Shown here: one piece after another, positions 25,401 through 38,400 of the stretch
Numbering within the stretch: position 1 is the first letter of the stretch
Layout of the letters: the number at the start of each line of letters is the position of its first letter
Assembly: GCF_009914755.1 (NCBI RefSeq)
Contig: NC_060947.1
Source: the human T2T-CHM13v2.0 reference genome, Homo sapiens
DNA: 64,000 nt
Direction: 5' to 3' (one strand)
Position numbers and translations under genes: made by a program
The notes under the pieces: model-generated
What the model was told of the DNA's origin: nothing
The model's database searches: none
Seen by the model: only the letters and a program-made list of their open reading frames with translations

Positions 25401-28400
25401 TCAATGGTTTCAGAAATGGCCCTTCATACATTTCAAAAACAAATTGTTTCCAAACTGCTGAACAAAAACATTGTTTTGATCCTGTGAGATGAATCCACAC
25501 ATCACAAAGCTTTCTCACAGATAGCTTGTTTCTAGTTTTTATGGCTGGATATTTCATACTTTCTCATAGGCTTCAATGGGCTCAGAAATATTCCTTTGTA
25601 GATTTCACAAAAAAACGTGATTCCAATCTGCCGAATCAAAACACAGGTTCCATTCTGTGAGATGAATACTACATCACAATGCATTTTCACAGTAAACTTT
25701 TTACTAATTTTTATCACTAAATATTTGGTATTTCCTTAGAGGCCTTAAGGGCTTAGAAATGTCCTTTCATAGATTCTACAAAAAGAGTGATTCCAACCTG
25801 CTGAATCAAAACACAGGTTCCATCCTGTGAGATGAATACACACATCACAAAGCATAGTTTTTTTCTAGTTTTTATCACTAGATATTCAGTTTTTCCTTAG
25901 AGGCCTAAATGGGCTCAGAAATGCACCCTCATATTTCTACAAAATGAATGTTCTCAACCTGCTTAATAATAACACAGGTTCCATGCTGTGAGATGAATCC
26001 ACACATCACAAAGTATTTGCACAGATAGGCTGTAATGTTAGCTTTTGTTGCTAGATATTTGGATCTTACTTAAGGGCCTGAATGGGCTCAGAAATGTCCC
26101 TTCATAGGTTCTACAAAAAGAGTGTTTTCACCTGCTTAATCAAAACACATTTTCCATTCTGTGATATGAATAGACATATCGCAAAGCATTTTCACAAAAG
26201 CTTGTTTCTAATTTTTATCGCTGGATATTCTGTTTTTCTTTATAGGCCTTAGTGCGTTCAAAAATGTCTCTTCATAGATTCTACAAAAAGAGTTTTTCCA
26301 ATATGCTGAATCAAAACTCAGATTCCATTCTGTAAGATTAATCCACATATCACAAAGCATTGTCACAGAGAGATTGTTTTTAGTTTTTTTCTCTGAATAT
26401 TCCCTTTTATCTTATAGGCCACAATGGGCTCAGAATTGTCCCTTTGTAGATTCCACCAAAAGAGTGTTTCCAACCTGGTGTATCAAAACACAGCTTCCAT
26501 ATTGTGAGTTGAATCCACCCATCACAAGGCATTTTCACAGATTCCTTAGTTCTAGTTTTTATCTCTGAACATTCGGTTTTTCCTTAGAGGCCTCCATGGG
26601 CTCAGAAATGTCCCTTTTTTTCTTCTACAAAAAGAGTGTTTCCAACCTGCTGAATCAAAACAAATTTTCCCTTCTGTCAGAAGAAGCCACACATCCCAAG
26701 AAGTTTTCACCGATAGCTTCTTTCTAGTTTTTATCACTGTGTATTCAATTTACAATTAGAGGCCTCAATGGGATGAGAAATGTCCCTTTGTTGATTCCAC
26801 AAAAAGAGTTTTTAAAACCTGCTCTATCAAAACACAGGTTCCTTTCCTTGAGATGAATCCACACATCACAATGTGTTTTCAGTGATAGCTTTTTTCTAGT
26901 TTTTATCACTGGATATTCAGTTTTACCTTAGAGGTCTAAATGTTCTGAGAAATGTCCCCTCATAGGTTCTACAAAAAGAGTGTTTCCAACCTGCTGAATC
27001 AAAGACAGGTTCCATTCTGTGAGATGAATCTACACATAGCAAAACCTTTTCACAGATAGCTTGTTTCTAGTTTTTATTGTTAGATATTCCCTTTCTTCTT
27101 AAAGGCCTCAATGGGTTCAGAAACGTCCCTTCATAGATTCTACAAAAAGAGAGTTTTCAACCTGCTGAATCAAAACACAGGTTTCATTCTGTGAGAAGAA
27201 TCCACATAACACAAAGCATTTTCACAGTGCACTTGTTTCTAATTTTTATCACTGGATATTCAGTATTTCTTTAGAGGCATCAAAGGGCTCAGAAATATCC
27301 CTTTGTAGATTCTCCAAAAAGAGTGTTTCCAACCTGCTGAATCAAAACACAAGTTCCATTTTAGTGCAATGAATCCGCACATCACAAAGCATTTTCATAC
27401 GTAGCTTGCTTCTACTTTTTATCGCTGGATATTTGTTTTTTTCTTAGAGGCCTCAATGGGCTCAGAAATGCACCTTCATAGATTCTACATAACGAGTGTT
27501 TCAAACTGCTAAATCAACACACAGGTTGCATTCTCTGAGATGAATCCACACATTTCAAAGCAGTTTCACAGATAGCCTCTTGCCAGCTTTTATTACTGGA
27601 TATTCGGATTTTCCTTAAGGGCCTGAAATAGCTCAGAAATGTTTATACATAGTTTGTACGAAAAGAGTGTTTCCAAACTGTTGAGTCAAAACACACTTTC
27701 CATTCTGTTATATGAATAGACACATCACAAAGTATTTTCACAGAAAGCTTCTGTATGTTTTTATCGCTGGTCATTCTTTTTTTTTTAAATAGACCTCAAT
27801 GGTATCAGAATTGTTCCTTTGTAGATTCTTCAAGCAGGGTGTTTCCAACCTGCTGAATACAAACAAATTTTCCATTCTTTGCGATGAATCCACACATCAC
27901 AAAGCATTTACATGGATAGTCTGTTTCTGGTTTTTATTCCTGGATATTCAAATTTTTCTTATATGTGTCAATGAGCTCAGAAATGTCCCTCCATAGTTTC
28001 CACAAAAACAGTATTGCCAGCCTGCTGAATCAAAACAAGTTTTCCATTCTGTAATAAGAGTCTACAAGTCATAAAGCATTTTCACAGATAGCTTCTTTCT
28101 AGTTTTTATTGCTGAATATTCGGTTTTCCACATAATCTTCAATGGGCTCAGAAGTATCCCTTTGTAGATTCCTCAAAAAGAGTGCTTCCAACCTGCTGAA
28201 TTAAAACACAGGTTCCATTTTGTGAGATGAATCCACACATCACAAAGTCTTTTCACAGGTAGCTCCTTTCTAGTTTTTATCACTGAAAATTGGATTTTTT
28301 CTTATACACCTCAATTGGCTAAGAAATGTTCCTTCATTGATTTTACAAAAAAAAAGTTTCCATCCTGGAATTTTGAAGCACAGGTTAATTCTGTGAGATG

Positions 28401-29462
28401 AATCCACACATCACAAAGCATTATCACAGATACTTTGTTTCTGTTTTTAATGCATTATATTCAACTTTTCCTTTTGGGTTTCAATGGGCTCTGAAATATC
28501 CCTTCATAGATTCTACATAAAGAGTGTTTCCAAGCTAGAGAATCAAAATACAGGTTGCATTCCTTGAGATGAATCCACACATCACAAAGCATTTTCACAG
28601 ATAGCTTGTTTCTAGTTTTCATCGCGGGATATTCAATTTTTCCTTACGGGCTTCAGTGGGCTCAGAAATATCCCTTCGTAGATTCTACAAAAAGAGAGTT
28701 TCCCACCTGTAGAATCTAAATACAGTTTCCATTCTGTGAGATGGATCCACACATCACAAAGCATTTTCTCAGATAGCTTCTTTCTAATTTTTATCACAGG
28801 ATATTCAGTTTTTCACTATATGCTTCAATGGTCTCAGAAATGTTCCTTTATAGTTTCTATAAAAAGTGTGTTTTCAAACTGGTGAATCCAAACACAGGTT
28901 CCATTCTGTGAGATTAATCCATACATCACAAAGCATTTTAACAGATAGCTTGTTTTTAGTTTTTATCACGGGATATTCAAATTTTCTTTATGGGTCTCAA
29001 TGGGCTCAAAAACACCCCTTCATACATTCTACAAAATGAGTGTTTCCAACCTCGAGAATAAAAACATAGGCTCCATTCTCTGACGTGAATCTACACATCA
29101 CAAAGCATTTTCACAGATAGCTCATTTCTAATTTTTATCACAGTATATTCTGTTTTTCACTATATGCCTCTATGAGCTAAGAAATGTTCCTTCCTAAATG
29201 CCACGAAAAGAGTTTATCCAACCTGGTGAGTCAAAACACAGGTTCCATTCTGTGAGTTGAATCCACACATCACAAAGTGTTTTCACAGATAGCTTGTGTC
29301 CAGTTTTTATTGTGGGATATTTTTCCTTGTGGGTCTCAATGGGCTCAGGAATGTCCCCTCATAGATTGTACAAAAAGCGTGATTCCAACTATCAACTCAC
29401 AGGTTCCATTTTGTGTAATGAATCCACATATCACAAAGCATTTTCACAGATTGCTTGTTTCT

Positions 29463-32400
29463 AGAGACTTCTGGTCGACCTCAAGCATTGTAAGGGCATA
29501 GACTTCTGGTTGACCTCAGGCATTGTAATGGGAGAAACTGCTGGTCCACCTCAGGCATTGTACGGGTAGAGGCACTTGGTCGATTTCTGGCCGGCTTTAT
29601 ACATTGTAAGTGGGATACTTCTTGTCGACCTCGGAAATGGTAACGGGAATGACACCTGGCTGATCTCTGGCCTTCTGAGGGGAGGGAAAGCTGGCTGACC
29701 TCAGGCATTCTAATGAGAGAGACACCTGTCTGACCTCAGGCATTCTAAGGGAAGAAACACTTGGTCTACCACAGGCATCTAAGGGGAGAAACATTTGGCT
29801 GGCCTCACGAATTCTAAGAGGAGAGATATCTGGCCAACCTCAGGCATTCTAACTGGAGAGTCTCCTGGCCTGCCTCAGGCATTTTAAGAGGAGTCTCCTG
29901 GCTGAACTCAGGTATTTTACAGGGAAGGACACCTGACTGATCTCAGGCATTCTAAGCAGAGAGTCACCTGGCCAACCTCAGGCATTCTAAGGGGAGGGAT
30001 TCCTGGCCAACCTAAAGCATTCTAGGGGAGAGACAGCCAGCTGACATCATTCATTCTAATGAGAAAGACACCTGAGTGACCTCAGGCATTCTAACAAGAG
30101 AGACAACTGGTCAACCTCATTCATTGTAACGGGAGAGACACCTGGCTGAACTCAGGCATTCTAAGGGGAAAGACACCTGGACAACTTCACGCATTTTAAG
30201 GGGGGAGACATCTGGCCGAATTTAGACATTCTAATTAAAGGATAACTAGAAGAACTCATTTATTCTAATAGGAGAGACACCTGCCCATCTTCTGACATTC
30301 TAGAAGGAGGGTCTCCTGGCCTACCTCAGGCATTCTAAGGGGCGAGCCTCCTGGTCGACCTCAGGCATCCTAAGAAAAGACACACCGGGCTGATTTCAGG
30401 CAATCTAAAAGGAGAGTCTCCTGGGTGAACTCAGGCATTTTAATGCAAGGATATCCTTGCCAAACTCAGGCATTCTAAGGGAAGACACCTGGCCAAACTC
30501 AGGCATTTTAAGGGGAGAGACACCTGGCTGAACTGAGGCATTCTAATAGGACTGACTCCTGAAAGACCTCAGCCATTTTAAGGGGAGAGACACGTGGCAA
30601 ACTCAGGCATTCTATGGAGAGAGACACCTGGCCGACCTCATTCATTCTAATGGGAGAGACACCTATTCAACCTAAGGCATTCTAAGGGGAGAGACCCCTG
30701 GCAGACCTCAGGCATTCTAACAGGAGAGACACCTAGCCGACCTCAGACATTCTGAGGGGAGAGACTCCTGGCCGACCACATTCGTTCTAACAGGAGAGAC
30801 ACCTAGCCGACCTCAGATATTCTAAGGGGAGAGACTCCTCTTGGCCGACCACATTCGTTCTAACAGGAGAGACACCTGGCCAACTTTAGGCATTTTAAAG
30901 GGAGTGACAGCTGGCTGACCTCAGGCATTCTAAGGGAAGAGAGTCCTGGCCCACCTCAGAAATTCTGAGGTGAGAGACACCTGGCCAACCTCAGACATTT
31001 TAACAGTAGAGACACCTGGCTGACCTCAGACATTATAAGGGAAAAGACACCCGGCCAACTTCAGGCATTCTAAGGGGAGAGACAACTGGCCGATATCAGA
31101 TATTCTAAGGGGAGAGACACCTGGCTGACATTAGCACTCTAAAGGGAGAGTCTCCTGGCTGACCACAGTCATTCTATTTGAAGAGACTCCTGGACGACTC
31201 AGACATTCTAAAAGCAGAGAAACCTGGCCAACCTTATTCATTCTAACGAGAGAGACAACTGGACGACCGGAATTCTATGAGAGACTCCTGGCCAGCCTCA
31301 GACATTCCGAGCAGAGAGACATGTGGACGACCTCAAGCATTCTATCAGAAGAGACATCTGGCTGATGCCAGGCATTCCAAGGGGACAGACACCAGGCTGA
31401 CCTCATTCATTCTAACGGGCAAGACACCTGGCTGACCTCAGGCATTCTAGCAAGAGAGAATCCTGGTCGACCTCAGGCATTCTGAAGGAATACATACCTG
31501 GCCAACATCATGCATTCTAATTGGAGAGTTTCCTGGCTGCCCTAAGCATTCTAAGGGCATAAACTCAGGGCTGCCCTCAGACATTCTAAAAGAGAGTCTC
31601 CTGGAAGACTGTAGGCATTCTAAGGAAAAGACTCGTGGCCGACCTCAGGCATTCTAAGGGGAGCATCATCTGACATTTAAAGGAGAGAGACACCAAGCCA
31701 ACCTCATTCCTTCTAACAGGAGAGACACAAGGCTGACCTCAGGCATTCTAAGGGGAGAGTCTCCTGTCTGACTGAAGGCATCTAAGTGGAGAGAATCCTG
31801 GCGACCTAAGGTATTCTAACAAGAGGCACCTAGCTGACCTCATTCGTTCTAATGGGAGAGAAACGAGACCAAGCTCAGGCATTCTAAGGAGAGAGTATCT
31901 CGGCTGACCTCAGGCATTCTAAGTGGAGGACTCCTGGCCAACCTCAGACATTCTAGTGGGAGAGACACCTGGCTGACCTCATGCATTCTATGGGGAGAGT
32001 ACACTGGCTGATCTCAGGCAATCTAAAGGGAGAGTCTCCTGGCCGATCTCAGGCATTCTAAAGGAAGAGACCCCTGACCGACTTCAGGCATTCTAACAGT
32101 AGAGACAACTGGCCAACCACATTCATTCTAACGGGAGAGACACCTTGCCAACTTCCAGCATTCTAATGGGAGCCTCATGGCCGACCTAAGGCATTCTAAT
32201 GAGAGAGATGCCTGGCCAACCTCAGGCATTCTAATGGGACAGACACCTGGCCAACCTCAGGATTTCTAAGGCAAGAGACTGCTGGCCACCCTAGGCAATC
32301 TAATGAGAAAGACCCCTGCCGAACTCTGGCATTCTAAGCAAAAGTCTCCATTCTGACCTTAGGCATTCTAAGAGGAGAGACTCCTCGTTGACCTCAGGCA

Positions 32401-35400
32401 CTCTAACCAGAGAGAGACCTGGCTGACATCAGGCATTCTAAGTGACTGAAACTTGGCCCACCTCAGGCATTATAATGAGAGAGACACCTTGCCAACCTCA
32501 GACATTCTAAGGAGAGAGATTACTGGTGGATCTCAGACATTCTAAGGGGAAAGTCTCCAGGCCAACCACAGGCATTCTAAGAAGAGAGACACCTGCCTGA
32601 CCTCAGGCATTCTAAGAAGAGAGACACTTAGCCAACCTCAGGCATTCTAACGGAAGAGACACCTGGCCAACCTCAGGAATTCTAAGGGGAGAATCTTCTG
32701 ACTGATCTCAGACATTCTATGAGGGGAGATTCATGGCCGACCTCAGGCACTCTTAGGGGAGAGAAACCTGGCTGACCTCTGGCATTCAAAAGGGAGAGAC
32801 ATCTCTCTGAACTTAGACATTCTAAGGGGACAGACTCCTGCCTGACCTCAGGTTTTCTGAAGGGAGAGTCTCCTGGTCAACTTCAGGCATTCTAAAAAGA
32901 GAGAATCCTGGCAGACTTCTGGCACTCCAATGGGAGAGACACCTGGCTGACCCCAGGCATTCTAAGGACAGAGACTCCAGGCCGACCTCAGGCATTCTAA
33001 AGGGAGAGTCTCCTGGACGACATCTGGAATTCTAAGGAAAGAGCCTACTGGCCCACATCTTGCATACTATTGGGAAGGACACCTCACCGACTTCAGGTAT
33101 TCTAAGGGTAGTGACACCTGGCTGACTTCAGGCATTCTAATGTTAGAGACACCTGGCTAACCTCAGGCATTCTAATGGGAGAGACTCCTGGCCAACATAA
33201 GACATTTTAAGGGGATAGTCTCCTGGATGACCTCAGCTATTCTAAGAAGAAAGACAAAGGGGAGACCTCAGGCATTATAAAGAGAGAAACACCTTGGCAA
33301 CTGCATTCATTCCAAAGGCAGAGACACCTGGCCAAATGTAGGAATTCTAACAGAAGAGTCTCCTGGCTGACCTCAGGCATTCTAAGGTGTGAGACCTCAG
33401 GCATTCTAAGGGGAGTGACACCTGGCCGACTTCAGGCATTCAAATGAGAGAGAAACCTGGAAGACCTCATTTATTCTAATGGGAGAAACATCAGCCTGAC
33501 CGCAGGCATTCTAACAAGAGAGTCTCTTGGCAGACCTCAGACATTCTAAGGGAAAAGACCCCTGGTGGACCACAGGCATTCTTAGGGATGAGACACCTTG
33601 TGACATCAGTCATTCTAAGAGAAGAGACTCCTGGTTGACCTCAGGCATTCTGAAGGGATAGACTCCTGGCCAATTTCAGGCATTCTAATGAGACAGCCAG
33701 CTGGCCGACTTCAGATATTCTAAAGAAAAAGACTACTGGTCAGACCTCAGGCATTCTCAGGAAATAGACACCTGGATGACCTCATAAATTATAACAAGAG
33801 AGACACCTGGCTAACATCAGGAATTCTAAGGGGAGAGTCTCCTGGCAGACCTCAGGCATTCTATGAGGAGAGACTTCTGGACGAACTTAGTCATTCTTAG
33901 GGAAGAGATACCTGGCCGACCTCTGGCATTCTAAGGGGAGACACACCTGACTGACCTCACACGTTCTAAAGGGAGAGATTCCTAGCTGACCTCAGGCATT
34001 CTAAGGGTAAAGTCTCCTGGCCCACTTCACGCTGTCTAAGGAGAGAGACTCCTGGTTGACCTCTGGCATTTTTAAGGGAGAGACACCTTGCTGACCTCAG
34101 GCATTCTAAGATGTGAGACTCCTGGCCAATATCAGACATTCTAACAAGAGATACACCTGGCCAACTTCTCTCTCGTTAGGATGCCTGAAGTCAGCCAGGT
34201 GTCTCTCCCCTTAGAATGCCTGAGGTTGGACAGGAGACTATCCCTTACAATGCCTGAGGTCAGCCAGTATACTGTCCCCTTAGTATTCCTAAGGTAGGCC
34301 AGGAATCTCTCCATTTAGAATGCCTGCGGTCAGCACGGTGTCTTTCCACTTCGAAAGCCTGAGGTAGGTCAGATGTCTCTCCCATTAGAATGCCAGAGAT
34401 CAGCCAGGTGTCTCTGCTCTCAGAATGCCTGAAGTCAGCTAGGGGTCTCTCCTTTTAGAATGCCTGAGGTCAGCCAGGTGTCTCTCCTGTTAGAATGCCT
34501 GAGGTCAGCCAAGTTTCTCTCCCCTCAGAATGCCTGAGGTCAGCCAGGTGTCTTTTCCCTCAGGATGCCTGAGGTCAGCTTAGTGTCCCTCCTGTTAGAA
34601 TGAATGAAGTCAGCCAGGCGTCTCTCAGGTGAGAATGCCTGAGTTTCACCACGTGTCTCTCTCCTTAGAATGTCTAAGTTCAGTCAGGAGACAATCCCCT
34701 TAAAATGCCTGAGGACGCCTAGGAGTCTCTCCCCTTAGAATGATGAGGTTGGTCAGGAGTCTCTCCTTTTTGAAATGCCAATGCCTGCAGTCGGCCCATA
34801 GCCTCTCCTCTTGAAATGCCTGAGGTTGCCCAGGTGACTCTTTCACTAGAGTGATTGAGGTCGGCCAGGTGTCTCTCCCCTCAGAATGCCTGAAGTCAGC
34901 CAGGAGTCTCTCCCCTAAGAATGCCTGAGGTTGGCCAAGAGTCTCTCCCCTTAGAATTTCTTAAGTCTGCCAGGTGTCTCTTATCTTAGAATGCCTGAGG
35001 TCAGCCAGGTGTTTCTTCCCTTAGAATGCCTGGGATCAGCTAGGACACTCTCCTCTTAGGATGCCTGAGGTTGGCCAGGAGTCTCTCCACTTAGAATGCC
35101 TGAGTTGAGCCAGGTGTCCCTTCTGTTAAAATGTCTGAGGTCGGCCATGCTGCTCTCCCTTCAGAATGCCTGAGGTCAGCCAGGAGTCTCTCCAATTAGA
35201 ATGCCTGAGGTTGTCCAGGTGTCTCTTTCTTTAGAATGTCTGAGGTCGGCAATGAGTCTCTCCGTTTAGAATGCCTGAGGTCAACCAAGTGTCTCTTCCA
35301 TTAGAATGCCTGTGTTTGGCCAGAAGTCTGCCCTGTAGAATGCCTGAGGTCAACCACATATCTCTCCTGATAGAATTCATGAGGTCGGCCAGGTGTCTCT

Positions 35401-38400
35401 TCCCCTAGAATGCCTGACATCACAAAGTGTTTCTCCACTCAGAATTCCTGTGGTCTACCAGGAGTCTCTCCCCTTGAAATGCCTAAGGTTGGCCAGGAGA
35501 ATCTCCCCTTAGAATGCCTGCAGCCGGTCTGGTGTCTCTCCTGTAGAATGAATGATGATTTCCAGGTGTCTCTCTCGTTTGAATGCCTGAGGTCAGCCAG
35601 TTGTCTCTCTTCTTACAATGCCTGTGGTTGGTCAGATGTCTCTCCACTTAGAATGCCTATGTTCAACTAGGAGAATCTCCCATTAGAATGCCTGAGGTTG
35701 GCCAGGTGTCTCTCTCATTAGAATGCCTGGAGTCAGCATGTAGTCCCTCCCCTTAGTATGCTTGAGGTTGGCCATTTGTCTCTCCCGTTAGAATGCCTGA
35801 GGTCAGCAAGGAGTCTCTCCCCCACAGAATGCCTAAGGTTGGACAAGATTCTCTTCCCTTGCATTTCCTGAGGTCGTTCAGGTGTCTCTCCCTTTAGAAT
35901 GCCTGAAGTCAGAAAGGGCTGCTCCCCTTGGAATACCTGAGGTCTGAGAGTTGACTGTCCTCTTAGAATGCCTGAGGTCGGCCAGGAGAATCTCCCCTTA
36001 CAACGCCTGAGGTTGGCCTGTTGTCTCTCCCCTTATCCATTCTGACAGGAAAGACGCCTGGTGGACCTCAGGCATTCTAAGGGGAAAGACTACTGGGCAA
36101 CCTCAGGCAATCTGAGGGTATAGGCCCCAGGCCGACGTTAGGCATTCTGTTGGGAGAGACACCTGGACGACTTCAAGCATTCTAAGAAAAGAGACACCTG
36201 GACGACCTCAGGGATTCTAAAGGGACAGACCCCTGGCCGCACTCATGCGTTCTATAGGGAGACTCCCCTGGCCCAACTAAGGCATTATAAGCAGAGAGAC
36301 ATCTGGCCAACTTCAGGCATTCTCAGGGGAGAGACACATTGCTAACCTCAGGCATTCTCAGGGGAGAGACACCTGGCCAACTTTATTCATTCTAACCAGA
36401 GTCAGTCCGGGAGGCCTCAGGCATTCTAAGGGGAGAGACTCCTGGCCAAACTCTGGCATTCTAATGGAAGAGACACCTGGCGGACATCAGGAATTCTAAG
36501 GGGAAATAAACCTAACTGACCTCAGGCATTCTAACTTGAGAGATTCCTGGCCAGGCCCAGGCATTCTAATGATAAAGACTCCTGGCTGAACCTTGGCATT
36601 GTAATGAGGGAGACACCTGGGGGGCTTCAGACATTCTAAGGATGGAGTAACCAGGCATTCATCAGGCATTCTAACAGGAGCGACTCCTTGCTGACCTCAG
36701 GCATTCTAATGACAGAGACGCCTGGGTGACCTCAGGCATTCTAAGAGTAGAGACACATAACTGATCCCAGGCATTCTGATGGGAGGGGCTCCTGGTCAAC
36801 CACAGGCATGCTAATGATGGAGACACCTGGGCGACTTCAAGCATTTGAAGGATACAGAGACCTGGTTGATTAAAGGCATTCTAACTGGAGAAACTTCTGA
36901 CCGACCCCAGGCATTCTAATGATAAAGACTTTTGGCATACTTCAGGCATTCTAATGATAGAGGCACCCGGGCAACCTCAGGCATTATAAGGATACAGACA
37001 CCTGGCCAAACCCACACATTCTAATGAGAGAGACACCTGGCCAACCCAACTCATTCTAATGATAGAGACACCTGGGCAACCTAATGCATTCTAAGGATAG
37101 AAACACCTGGCTGACCCAAGGCATTCTAATGGTGGACATTCCTAGCCAATTCTAGGAATTCTAATGTTGGAGATTCCTGGCCTATCCCAGGCATTCTAAA
37201 GATAGAGATACCTATACGATCTCAGGCATTCCTGGCCTACCCAAGGCATTCTAAGGTTAGAGACACCTGGCCAACCCCAGGCATTCTAACGGGAGAGATT
37301 GCTGGCCAACCCCAGGCATTTTAATGGTAGAGACACCTGGACGATCTCAGGCGTTCTAATGAGAGAGAAACCTGGCCGAGCTTAGTCACTCTAATGAGAG
37401 ACAGACTCCTGGGCAAGCCCAGGCACTTCAATGACAGAGACTTTTGGAAGACCTCAGGCATTTTAATTATAGAGAAACCTGTGCGACCTCAGACATTCTA
37501 AGTATACAGACACCTGTCCCACTAAATGCATTCTAACAAGAGAGAGTCTTGGACAACCACAGACATTCTAATGATATAGATTAGTGGCCTCCCCAAGTAT
37601 TCTAAGATTAGAGATACATGGGCTACCTCAGTCATTCTATAGAGACATTTGGCCAACATCAGGCATTCTAATGGGATAGACTGCTGGCCTACCTGAGGCA
37701 TTCTGGTGATAGAAACTCCTGACCTACCCTAGGCATTCTAATGATAGAGACATCTGTGCGAACACAGGCATTTGGAGGATAGAGACACTTCATTGACCCC
37801 AGGCATGTTAACGGGTGAGACCTCTGGCTGATGACAGGCATTCTAATGACAGAGACACCTGGGCCATTTCAGGCAATCTAAAAATAGAGACACCTCGCTG
37901 ACCCATACACTCTAACGAGAGAGACTCCTGGCTGACTCAAGGCATTCTAATGACAGAGGCACATGGGTGACCTCTGGCATTCTAAGGATAGACACCTGGC
38001 CAACCTAAAGCATTCTTATAGGAGAGACACCTGGAAATCCTCAGGCTTTTTAATGATAGAGACTCCAGGGAAACCCCAGGCATTCCAATGATAGACACCT
38101 GGGCGACCTCAGGCTTTACGAACATAGAGACACCTGGTAAACTACTGGGATTCTAATGGGAGAGACTACTGGGTGACCACAAAGATTTCAGCATGAAAGA
38201 CTCCTGGGTGACCCCAGGCATTCTAAGGATAGAGACTCCTGGCCTAACCCAGGCATTCTAATAATAGGGACACCTGTGTGACCTCTAGTATTCTAAGTAT
38301 AGAGACACCTGGAAGACCCCAGGCATTCTAATAATAGGGACACCTGTGAGACCTCACACATTCTAAGGATAGAGACACCTGGGAGACCCCAGGCATTCTA

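Larger units (their letters stand above)
12345..29462 (-). repeat. Monomeric, divergent alpha satellite, ~172-bp units, roughly 85-90 monomers
   Basis: Tandem unit GATTCTACAAAAAGAGTGTTTCCAAC...CCACACATCACAAAGCATTTTCACAGATAGCTTGTTTCTAG is the reverse complement of the alphoid consensus. Landmark spacings measured 170-173 bp, mode 172. Confidence 0.97.

Noticed and set aside
29455-29475. Derivation of the 35-bp unit from alpha satellite
   Set aside because: Only short shared words (CATTCT, and CTAG/AG at the junction) are present. I see no convincing alignment by eye.
12263-29501. Many 60-130 aa ORFs with mutually similar sequences (e.g. VWIHLTEWNLCFDSAGWK)
   Set aside because: These are chance open frames of the alpha monomer. 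Their similarity only reflects the DNA repeat.
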